Shown in pieces: positions 20,155-29,167 of a DNA stretch of 64,000 nucleotides. The stretch covers positions 128,001 through 192,000 of the forward strand of contig CAVTBU010000006.1 in NCBI GenBank assembly GCA_963733035.1. Reading direction: 5' to 3'. Position 1 is the first letter of the stretch; every line of letters starts with the position of its first letter. The notes below the pieces were generated by a model. That model was given only the letters and a program-made list of their open reading frames with translations, did no database searches and had not been told where the DNA came from. Position numbers and translations under genes: made by a program. The DNA is from Pirellulales bacterium (GTDB lineage: Bacteria > Planctomycetota > Planctomycetia > Pirellulales > PALSA-1355).

Positions 20155-20183
20155 AACCTAGTCGTGGGCGATGCCCGTGTCAA
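20155..20183 (-). promoter_or_regulatory. Putative sigma70 promoter for the Cys-rich/DUF1559/PEP-CTERM operon
   Basis: TTGACA-17 nt-TAGGTT on the minus strand. Confidence 0.65.
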
Positions 20184-20458
20184 GCATTTCCCGTCGGGCG
20201 GACTTTGTCTGCCTGTCCGGTGATACCTGAGAGCTGGCCTGCTGGTTTCACGTTTGGGCCGTGGGACTGAGAAAGTCGTTCGACACCGCAGGTTTCGGGC
20301 GATTGCCAGTGCCTGGTGCGAACCGGTGTCGCCGGCCGATTGTCGGGCTGTACGACGGCTCTCCGGGCCGGGGAATTTGGCATGATATACTTTCTTGTTC
20401 GGGCCGGCGGCAACGTTGCCCGTCGTGGCCAACTTGCGTGTCGCTTGAGCTTTCCGGC

Positions 20459-21073
20459 ATGATTCTGCTGATCGACAACTACGATTCGTTTACCTACAAC
20501 CTCGTGCAGCGGCTGGGTGAGCTCGACCCGACGCTGGAGTTGGAGGTGCACCGCAACGATCGCATCACGCTGGATGAGATCGCGGCTAAGGCCCCGACGC
20601 ATTTGATCATTTCGCCGGGGCCGTGCACGCCGAGCGAGGCGGGCATCTCGTGTGCCGTGGTCAGTCGGTTTGCCGGCCAGTTGCCGATTCTGGGCGTGTG
20701 CCTGGGACATCAATCCATCGGCCAGGCCACCGGGGGGAAGATCGTCCGCGCCAAACGATTGATGCACGGCAAGACCGATTGGATTTATCACGATAATCAA
20801 GGGCTGTTCGAGGGGCTGGAAAATCCGCTGCAGGCCACCCGCTACCATAGCCTGGTGATCCAGCCCGACACGTTGCACGCGGACTTTGTCGTCTGCGCCT
20901 GGAGCGATTCGCCGGACGGCTCGCGCGAGATCATGGGCATTCGGCACCAGCGCTATCCGCTGTTTGGCCTGCAGTTTCATCCGGAAAGTTTTCTGACGCA
21001 TTCGGGTGCGAAGCTCCTCGAGCGGTTTCTCGCCACCGCGGTTGCGCCCGAGGCCAGCGCGCCACTTTCGTAA
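20459..21073 (+). CDS. trpG: Anthranilate/aminodeoxychorismate synthase component II (glutamine amidotransferase)
   Basis: MILLIDNYDSFTYNL, SPGPC, GVCLGHQ and QFHPES motifs. Confidence 0.93.
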   Translation: MILLIDNYDSFTYNLVQRLGELDPTLELEVHRNDRITLDEIAAKAPTHLIISPGPCTPSEAGISCAVVSRFAGQLPILGVCLGHQSIGQATGGKIVRAKRLMHGKTDWIYHDNQGLFEGLENPLQATRYHSLVIQPDTLHADFVVCAWSDSPDGSREIMGIRHQRYPLFGLQFHPESFLTHSGAKLLERFLATAVAPEASAPLS

Positions 21074-21084
21074 AGCCTGCCGAC

Positions 21085-22290
21085 ATGCTCAGCGTTTCCG
21101 AAGCCCTCGACCGCGTCTTGGCACGGGCCAAGCCGCGCCCGGCCGTCGGTTGTGCCAGTTGCGACGCGCTGGGGCTGGTGCTGGCCGAAGAGATTGCCAG
21201 CGACGTTGATTCGCCGCCGCACAATAAGTCAATCGTCGATGGGTACGCGGTCGTGGCCGCCGACCTGGCGGGCGGTCGCGCGGAGCTTGAAGTCCTGGAA
21301 GAAGTGACTGCCGGCGACGTGCCACGCCGCGCGGTTTGCTCGGGCACGGCCGTGCGGGTGATGACCGGCGCGCCGGTTCCCGAGGGAGCCGATGCCGTGG
21401 TGATGGTTGAGCAATCGGAGTTGATTGGCGATCGCGTGGTGCTGACGCCGCCAAGAGTGGCGGCCGGACAGAACATCATGCCGCGCGCCGCTTCGATGGC
21501 GCGGGGCGATCGCGTGTTGGCGGTTGGTCAGGCGCTGCGTGCCATTGAAGTGGGACTGCTCGCGGAGGTCGGTCGCACTTACGTGCAAATCATACCCCGA
21601 CCGCGGTTGGCGGTGTTGTCGACGGGCAATGAGCTCGTTCCGCCCGACGTCGTTCCCGGGCCAGGTCACATTCGCAATAGCAACAGTCCGATGCTCGTAG
21701 CCGCGGCTCGTACCGCCGGCGCGGCGAGTGTCGATTTGGGCATCGCCCGCGACGAGCCCGATGCGCTGCGCTCGATGATGGCGGCCGGCTTGGAAGCCGA
21801 CGTGTTGGTCATTTCGGGCGGCGTGTCGGCGGGCGTGCTGGATTTAGTGCCTGGGGTGCTCAAATCATTGGGTGTCGAGCAGGTGTTTCACAAAGTGTCA
21901 ATCAAGCCGGGGAAGCCGCTGTGGTTTGGAGTGCTGGCGGCCGAGGCGGGCGACAAGCTGGTGTTCGGTCTGCCGGGCAATCCGGTGAGCAGCCTGGTTG
22001 GTTTCGAGCTGTTCGTGAAGCCGGCGATTGCGGCGCTGGCCGGGCGAGCGACCGAAGCCAGCGCAATCGAGGCGACGTTGACCCAAGAGTTCACCCATCG
22101 CGGAGAGCGGCCGACGTATCATCCGGCCATTTTGCGGTGCGAAGAGGGGCGATGCGTGGTCGAGCCGCTACGGTGGCGCGGGTCGGGCGACCTGCGGACG
22201 CTGGCACGGGCCAATGCTTTGGCTTGCTTTGGCCCGGGAGACTACACTCGGGTTGCCGGTGAAACGGTCACCGCAATCCGGCTGGACTAG
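21085..22290 (+). CDS. moeA: Molybdopterin molybdotransferase
   Basis: DGYAV, MTGAPVP, STGNEL, SGGVS, KPGKP and GLPGNPVS motifs. Confidence 0.95.
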   Translation: MLSVSEALDRVLARAKPRPAVGCASCDALGLVLAEEIASDVDSPPHNKSIVDGYAVVAADLAGGRAELEVLEEVTAGDVPRRAVCSGTAVRVMTGAPVPEGADAVVMVEQSELIGDRVVLTPPRVAAGQNIMPRAASMARGDRVLAVGQALRAIEVGLLAEVGRTYVQIIPRPRLAVLSTGNELVPPDVVPGPGHIRNSNSPMLVAAARTAGAASVDLGIARDEPDALRSMMAAGLEADVLVISGGVSAGVLDLVPGVLKSLGVEQVFHKVSIKPGKPLWFGVLAAEAGDKLVFGLPGNPVSSLVGFELFVKPAIAALAGRATEASAIEATLTQEFTHRGERPTYHPAILRCEEGRCVVEPLRWRGSGDLRTLARANALACFGPGDYTRVAGETVTAIRLD

Positions 22291-22371
22291 CGAGCCGTAG
22301 TGCGTTCACCTCGATTGCGGCCGGGCGAGCCGGTCTGGGCAAATTCCGGCGATCCCCCTACGCTTAGAGAT

Positions 22372-24048
22372 ATGGGAACTGCCCAAGTCTCGCCCCGAGC
22401 CAAGAGCCGCGCCGCGCCGACTGTATCGGCGCCGGTAGACGCCGCCGAGCCTTGGTGGCGCCGCACGTTGGCCGTTGCGCTTTCGGGGCAGTTATTGCTA
22501 TGGGCCGCTTTCCCGCCGCTCAACCTGGCACCCTTGGCTTGGCTGGCGCCGGTGCCGTGGATTTGGCTCGTCCGCCGTGGGACGCTACCCGGCAAGCGGC
22601 CGTATCTCGCGCTTTGGTTTGCGAGCTTTGTGTTCCACCTGGCCGTGTTCTATTGGGTTACGTTGCCGCACTGGGCAACGAGTTTCGGCTGGCTGGCACT
22701 GGCGTTCTATCTGGGTTTGTATTTCCCGGTGTTCGTGGGCTTGAGCCGCGTCGCGGTGCATGTATTGCGCGTGCCGGTCATCGTCGCGGCGCCGGTCATC
22801 TGGACGGCCTTGGAGTTTGCCCGCGCGCATTTGCTCACGGGGTTCAACATGGGAGCGCTGGCGCACACGCAGTATCGCTGGCCCGAAGTGTTGCAGATCA
22901 GTGATCTGGCGGGTGGCTATGCAGTGAGCTTCCTGATTGTGCTGGTTGCCGCGTGCCTCGGCCGCATGCTACCGGTCGAATCTCACCGACGCGCGTGGTG
23001 GCCACTGGTGCCACTGACGGCGGTCGTGGCGGCGACGTTGGCCTACGGGCATTGGCGCCTGGGGCAGGACACGATCATGCCGGGTCCCAAGGTGGCGCTC
23101 GTGCAGGGGTCGATCGACATCGACATGAAATACGATCCGGAAGAGGAAGACACTATTTTTTCGCAGTACTTCGGTTTAACGAAGGATGCCGTCTGGGAAA
23201 ATACGGATCTCGACCTGATTGTCTGGCCAGAGACGATGTTTCGCGACGCGTGGCTGACCTTCGACGAAAGTTTTCATCCGCCCGAGGGGGCAGGTTGGAC
23301 TCCGGCCGAGGCAGAGTCGGCGTGCCAAGCGAGGATCGCTCGCATCCTCGCGCCACTCGACACGCCGGCGCTGATCGGGATCGACACCTGGAACTATCGA
23401 ACGGGTGGAGTGGACCACTTCAACACGGCGCTATTCACCGATCGATCGGGACGCGTGATAGGGCGCTATGACAAGTGCCATCTCGTGCCATTTGGTGAGT
23501 ACGTTTGGTTTGCCGATATATTTCCGTGGCTCTACAAGCTGACACCTTTGCATGGCGGTTCGCTGCCGGGCGACGGGCCACGTTGCATCGAGAGTCGCGG
23601 CGTACGTTATGCTCCCAACATCTGCTATGAGAACACGCTGCCGCACCTTATCAGCCAGCAGGTGATCGAGCTGCGCGATGCAGGTCAGGAGCCGGAGGTG
23701 CTGGTTAACCTGACCAACGATGGGTGGTTTTGGGGGTCGGCCGAACTGGACATGCACCTGGCCTGCGCGGTGTTTCGAGCCATCGAGTGCCGCAAGCCGT
23801 TTCTGGTGGCCGCCAACACGGGGTTCTCGGCGGCAATCGACTCGACCGGCACGATCAACCAACAGGGTCCCCGGCGCGACACCGCGGTGCTGATCGAGCA
23901 GGTCGGCCTGGACAACCGGCACAGTCCCTATCTGGTGCTGGGAGACCTGCCGGCGGGCTTGTGTCTGCTGGCAACCTGCGCGGTGGCCATCGTGGGCTGG
24001 CGGGCCGGCCGGAGGAGGCCGCAAAAGGGCGCGAAATCGGCCGACTAA
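22372..24048 (+). CDS. lnt: Apolipoprotein N-acyltransferase
   Basis: TM N-terminus; WPET, YDKCHLVPFGEY, ICYE, TNDGWF and ANTG motifs; start uncertain. Confidence 0.93.
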   Translation: MGTAQVSPRAKSRAAPTVSAPVDAAEPWWRRTLAVALSGQLLLWAAFPPLNLAPLAWLAPVPWIWLVRRGTLPGKRPYLALWFASFVFHLAVFYWVTLPHWATSFGWLALAFYLGLYFPVFVGLSRVAVHVLRVPVIVAAPVIWTALEFARAHLLTGFNMGALAHTQYRWPEVLQISDLAGGYAVSFLIVLVAACLGRMLPVESHRRAWWPLVPLTAVVAATLAYGHWRLGQDTIMPGPKVALVQGSIDIDMKYDPEEEDTIFSQYFGLTKDAVWENTDLDLIVWPETMFRDAWLTFDESFHPPEGAGWTPAEAESACQARIARILAPLDTPALIGIDTWNYRTGGVDHFNTALFTDRSGRVIGRYDKCHLVPFGEYVWFADIFPWLYKLTPLHGGSLPGDGPRCIESRGVRYAPNICYENTLPHLISQQVIELRDAGQEPEVLVNLTNDGWFWGSAELDMHLACAVFRAIECRKPFLVAANTGFSAAIDSTGTINQQGPRRDTAVLIEQVGLDNRHSPYLVLGDLPAGLCLLATCAVAIVGWRAGRRRPQKGAKSAD

Positions 24049-24117
24049 ACCACCGTGATGGGGGTCGCCGGATTTGGCCTCCCAAATCCCGCATCCTTCC
24101 GGAAATGAAACTTTTGA

Positions 24118-24147
24118 TTGACTTCTCAGCGAGCTCGAAATTATACT
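24118..24147 (+). promoter_or_regulatory. Putative sigma70 promoter upstream of the coiled-coil/mreB/pbp cluster
   Basis: TTGACT-18 nt-TATACT. Confidence 0.55.
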
Positions 24148-24351
24148 GAGTGTTCGTTCGTATGCGCTGAGTTATCTCCTGTCGCAGCACTGACTTGGCT
24201 CTCGCTGGAGCGGCGGACGAAGCAACTCTTTTCCAACGTCTGACCCTGACCAATTCCGTCGACCCCTTCAATCGGAAACGTCAAGCGCGGCTCAGCCCGA
24301 GACAGACAAGAGGCAAACCTTCTCGGCTAGTGTGCTTGCGGGAAACACGCT

Positions 24352-25182
24352 ATGAACTTCATCGGCAAGATCTTTGTGGTGCTCATCTTTGCGATGAGCC
24401 TGGTGTTTATGTCGTTCGCGGTCGCCGTGTACGGCACGCACCAGAACTGGAAGGAAAAGGCCGCCGCCGAGGCGCAGCGCGTGGCCAACCTGCAAACGAC
24501 AGTTGCCGAGCGCGAGACGGAGCGGGATCGGCTAAAAGCCGAACTGGAGACCGAACTTGCGGCACGTAATCAAGCGCTGGGAAAGCTGGAGGAAGAACGC
24601 AAGGAACTGGCCGTTCAGCGGGACGAGCTCGCCAAGGAGCGCAACGCGCTGTTGATCAAGGACAAGGCGGCGGTGGCCGCTTTGGACACGGCGCAGCAGA
24701 ACCTGGCCAGGCTGACCAAGGAGGTCGAGGGTCTGCGCGGCGAAATTCGCGATGCCCAGGGTAAACGCGACGAGCACTTCGAGCGGGTCGTCGAGTTGAC
24801 CGATCAGATTCATCAGGCTCAGGGAGAAGTCAAACGACTGGAAGAGCGGCGGATTCAACTTGCCGCGCAACTGGCCTCGGCCAACCTGGTGCTCGAGCGG
24901 AACGGACTGAACAAGGACATGCCGGTCGACGGCATACCGCCGCGGTTGCGCGGAAAAGTGCTGGCGATCAATCGCGACAACATGGTTGAGGTTTCGTTGG
25001 GTAGTGACGACGGTCTACGGGCCGGTCATACGCTGGAAGTGTTCCGCGGCAGCAAGTATCTGGGCCGCGTCGAAGTTTTGCACGCCACGACCGACCGAGC
25101 GGTGGGCAAGATCATTCCGGGTTATAAGAAGGGCATTATTCAGAAGGACGACGATGTCGCTACTCGGTTCAAAGTCAGCTAA
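24352..25182 (+). CDS. Membrane-anchored coiled-coil protein with C-terminal beta domain (MreC/FlgT-C-like pattern)
   Basis: N-terminal TM, about 150 aa of heptad-like sequence, then GKV...VEVSLGSDDGLRAG...YLGRVEV. Confidence 0.85.
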   Translation: MNFIGKIFVVLIFAMSLVFMSFAVAVYGTHQNWKEKAAAEAQRVANLQTTVAERETERDRLKAELETELAARNQALGKLEEERKELAVQRDELAKERNALLIKDKAAVAALDTAQQNLARLTKEVEGLRGEIRDAQGKRDEHFERVVELTDQIHQAQGEVKRLEERRIQLAAQLASANLVLERNGLNKDMPVDGIPPRLRGKVLAINRDNMVEVSLGSDDGLRAGHTLEVFRGSKYLGRVEVLHATTDRAVGKIIPGYKKGIIQKDDDVATRFKVS

Positions 25183-25456
25183 GAAGAAGAAGGGCGACGA
25201 CGCGGCCGCCGCCGCTTCGCCGAAGCCCAGCAAGGCGGACAAGAAGGCCGCGAAGGCCGAGAAGGCTGCCGCCAAAGCCTCGGCCAAAGCTGCCGCCGCC
25301 TCCGCGCCCGCGGCGGGTCGGGGCATTGCGGTCGAAAAGCCCAAAGCCAATATTTACACGGCCCTGTTGGTGCTGTCATTTGTGGCGATCGTCGTCGGCT
25401 GCATTTGCCTGTATGCCGAGATGAGCGCCTACCAGTTCGAATTCAAAGCGCGCTAA
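25154..25456 (+). CDS. Small Lys/Ala-rich protein with C-terminal TM helix
   Basis: MSLLGSKSAKKKKG...KPKANIYTALLVLSFVAIVVGCICLYAEM; AAGGA RBS. Confidence 0.75.
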   Translation: MSLLGSKSAKKKKGDDAAAAASPKPSKADKKAAKAEKAAAKASAKAAAASAPAAGRGIAVEKPKANIYTALLVLSFVAIVVGCICLYAEMSAYQFEFKAR

Positions 25457-25526
25457 CCAAGGAATCTTCAAGCCACAAGGACGTTACGAAGCGCGCCCCG
25501 TCCCAATCCTCCTACCGGGAGCAAGG

Positions 25527-26576
25527 ATGCTCCATCGATTGCTAGGACTACTCGGATCTGATCTGGCCATTGACCTGGGCACGGCCAACACGCTGGTGAG
25601 CGTGGTGGGCGAGGGGCTCGTGCTCAATGAGCCGTCGATCGTGGCCGTCGAAGAGGGGACCAGCCGAATCCTTTCCGGTGGATGTGCCGTCGGTCACCTG
25701 GCCAAGCAAATGCAGGGTCGTACGCCGCAGTCGATCTCCGTCGTGCGCCCAATGGGTGACGGCGTGATCCACGACTTTCAGCTTTGCGAGGCGATGCTCC
25801 GCTACTTCATTCGCAAGGCGCAGCGGCAGGGCTACCGTGCTCGTCCCCGCGTGCTGGTAGCGGTGCCTGGCTGCATTACGCCCGTCGAACGTCGGGCTGT
25901 GTTTAACAGCACGCAACGCGCGGGAGCGCGCGAAGTGCTGGTCGTTTCTGAAGCACAGGCCGCGGCATTGGGAGCCGGGCTACCCATTGCCGAACCCGTG
26001 GCCAGCATGATTTGCGACATTGGCGGCGGCACCACCGAGGTGGCCGTATTGAGTTTGGGCGAAATCGTCGCGCAACAATCGGTGCGCGTGGCAGGCGATG
26101 CCATGGACCGCGCGATCGTCGACTACTTGCGCCGGCACTACTCGTTGCGAATCGGCATGTCGGCTGCCGAGCAATTGCGAATCAGCATCGGCAGTGCGGC
26201 GCCGCTTACCGACGAACTATCCGATGACGTGCGTGGCGTCGACGCAATCAGCCGATTGCCGCGCCGCGCCACGATCACCAGCGAGGAAATTCGCGATGCC
26301 CTGGCTGGTCCGCTGGGGCAAGTCGTCGAGGCGATCAAAAACACGCTCGACGAATGCAGCACCGACCTGGTTTCCGATCTGGTCGACAACGGCCTGGTGT
26401 TGGCCGGAGGCGGGGCGCTGCTGCCCGGTCTCGATCAGTTTCTTTACGAACAAACAGGACTGCCGGCGCGGTTGTGTGGCGACCCCATGACGGCCGTCGC
26501 CCGCGGCGCGGCGATCTGTCTGGAGCACTTTCACCGTTGGCGCGGCGCCATGCAGTCGTTCGACGACGACGTTTGA
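25527..26576 (+). CDS. mreB: Rod shape-determining protein MreB (divergent)
   Basis: DLGTANT, EPSIVA, DIGGGTTEVA and GGGALL motifs. Confidence 0.92.
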   Translation: MLHRLLGLLGSDLAIDLGTANTLVSVVGEGLVLNEPSIVAVEEGTSRILSGGCAVGHLAKQMQGRTPQSISVVRPMGDGVIHDFQLCEAMLRYFIRKAQRQGYRARPRVLVAVPGCITPVERRAVFNSTQRAGAREVLVVSEAQAAALGAGLPIAEPVASMICDIGGGTTEVAVLSLGEIVAQQSVRVAGDAMDRAIVDYLRRHYSLRIGMSAAEQLRISIGSAAPLTDELSDDVRGVDAISRLPRRATITSEEIRDALAGPLGQVVEAIKNTLDECSTDLVSDLVDNGLVLAGGGALLPGLDQFLYEQTGLPARLCGDPMTAVARGAAICLEHFHRWRGAMQSFDDDV

Positions 26577-26658
26577 AGCCAGCGAGGATTCGGGAACGGA
26601 ACTGCGGGGCATTTCATTTGCCACGCGTTGATGGGATCAACAGGAACTTGTCGTCACG

Positions 26659-28842
26659 TTGCCGATGCCTTTCCAGCACTACGATATCGACTGGCATGCG
26701 ATCGCCGACGAGCAGCGCGATGAAAAGGCGGGCTCTCGTCCGCGGCATCGCTTGCGGTGGATACTCTCGCTCTACGCGGCGGCGTTGTTGTTGGTGCTCG
26801 GTCGCGCGGTGCAATTGGAGTTGAGCGGGGGCGCCGAGTTTCGCCGGATTGCCAGCCGTCCGATTGAGAAGCTGGTTCCGCTGCCGGCGGAGCGAGGCCG
26901 AATCTTGGCCCGAGACGGCACGGTGCTGGCCGCTGATCATGAGGCGTGGGCCCTGGCCATGCACTACCGCTACCTGCAATCGCCGCTCGATGCGCGCTGG
27001 CTGAGGCGTCAGGCGCGCAGCGGATGACCGGAGGGCGGCGGCGCGATCCGGCGGCCCTGGTCGCCGTGGAAGATAAGTTGCGAACCGAGATCCGGCAATT
27101 GCACCGCAAGCTGGCCGAGCTGTCTGGCGTCTCCGAAGCGCAGTGGAACCGGCGGACCGCGCGGATTGAGCGTCGCGTTGAACAGCTGGCCGAAAACGTC
27201 AACCGCCGTCGCCGGGAGAAATTCGTCGAACAAACTTCCACCGTACCCGACGAATCTCCGCTGGGCGTGGTCGGAATCGTGGCGGGCTTGTTTGCCCCAC
27301 CGGAGCAATTGCCGCCGGTCGAACTGATCGTCGCCGAACAGACAAGCTACCATCGCGTCGCCGATGAGCTGTCGCCACAAGCCGCGGAACAGATTCTCCG
27401 CGCCGGCTGCGTTTCCGGGCGTGAGGGTCGTGCGGTACACACGTCGCCACTATCCACACGCGGCATTGGCCGCGAACATCCTGGGTCATGTGGGTTCCCG
27501 TTCCGCGGCTCAGGCGACCGTAGTGGACTCCGAGCCGGCTGCGGAGGCTCGCGAGGCCGTTGGGCTGTTGGGCGTTGAAGGCCAGTTTGAAGCGCGCTTG
27601 TCGGGTACGAACGGCACTGAGCTGAGAATTGCCAGCCGCGGAGGTGAGTTGCTCGAGTCGCGCGTCCAGCGGGTGCCGATCACGGGGAGAGATCTCGTGC
27701 TCACGCTGGACGTCGAGCTCCAACGTTTCGCCGAACAGTTGCTGGATCGGTTCGCACGTTATCAAGACTTGCAGCCAGCCGGCGCGCCGGCGGCGGAGCG
27801 GGGGGGAGCCGTATTGGTGATGGACGTGCATTCCGGAGAGATCCTGACGGCCGCCAGTCAGCCTCGCTTCGATCCCAATTGGTTTGCCACGGGCGACGCG
27901 CGTGTCGAAGCGGTGCTCAACGATCCGGAGCGGCCCCTTTTCGACCGCGCGACACGGATGGCCATTCCGCCCGGATCCGTGTTCAAGTCGCTGACCGCGA
28001 TGGCGCTTATCGAACATCGTGTGGCCCGCCCGGAAACGGTCTTTACTTGCCAGGGCTACCTCGACGATCCAGACCGCATGCGGTGTCAAATCTTTCGCCA
28101 TCATGGCATTGGTCACGGTGACGTAACGATGGCCGATGCATTGGCGCAAAGCTGCAACGTGTACTTTTTTCATCATGCCAGGACGCTGGACCCCGAAACG
28201 TTGCTGCAGTGGGCCCAGCGCTTCGGATTTGGCAAGCAGGCAGCCACGGACATCGGCGAACTGACGGCCGGGCATCTGCCCACGGCCGGTGAACTGGCGC
28301 GGCCCGGGACCAGTGAGTACCTCGCGATTGGGCAGGGGACGCTGACCGCGACCCCGCTTGAGGTACTTCGCCTGTATGCGGCGATTGCCAACGGCGGGTA
28401 TCTACTTTCACCGCGATTTACTCGCACCGCGGTTTCCCCCCAGGCGAGTCCGTCTCCGGCGAGGGAAAGTCGCTTGCCCGGCGACCTTCGCGTTTCGGGG
28501 CTGGATCCGGCGACGCTGGCGGCGGTGCGGAAAGGACTCGAGCGCGTCGTGGAGGATCCGGCTGGCACGGCGTTCGACAGCGTGCGACTGCCGGACCTGG
28601 CGATCGCCGGGAAGACGGGCACGGCCGAGACTGGAAGTAGCGGACACGACCATGCCTGGTTTGTCGGATATGCTCCGGCCGAGGCTCCTCGCGTGGCATT
28701 CGTGGTAGTGTTGGAGCACGGCGGCAGTGGCGCGGAGACCGCCGGCCCCATCGCACGAAGTCTGGTTCAGCGGATGCGGCAATTGGACTACTTCGGGGTG
28801 TCTCGGACCGCCACCCGACCGTTCCCGCCAGGCAAGGGTTAG
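26659..28842 (+). CDS. Class B penicillin-binding protein (PBP2/MrdA-like), apparent frameshifts near 27022 and 27400
   Basis: RGRILARDG; PGSVFK (SxxK), SCN and KTG motifs; pieces lie in three frames. Confidence 0.88.
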
Positions 28843-29031
28843 GCTCTGCGTCGATCCGCACCTGGTCGAGGCGTCAACCACATGTTTTTGGGCCTCAAAA
28901 ATGGACGGCTGTAGAGCGAAAATCGGGCCTCGGAAAGCCGGCATTCTTGGCCGGTGGGTCGGCTTCGGTGCGTGTTGCGTAAGCTATTATTTGCTAGTGG
29001 TTTATAAACGCTCCTGGAGGCTCGTCGGCCA

Positions 29032-29060
29032 TTGTGAAAAGCAGCCTTGAACGGTATATT
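29032..29060 (+). promoter_or_regulatory. Putative sigma70 promoter of gyrA
   Basis: TTGTGA-17 nt-TATATT. Confidence 0.5.
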
Positions 29061-29167
29061 GACGGCTTCTCTTTGTGGGGCCGGCCAGGGCTTGAGGGCG
29101 GCCCCAAAATCGTTGGCCAGAACAGGCTGGCCAGACTGCTCCCGCGTGCCCTCCGAAAGGACTGAAA

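Noticed and set aside
20205..20315. CTCTCAGG...GGACAG on the minus strand resembling a glycine riboswitch
   Set aside because: Lacks the GGAGA and CCGAAGG core and lies upstream of the predicted promoter.
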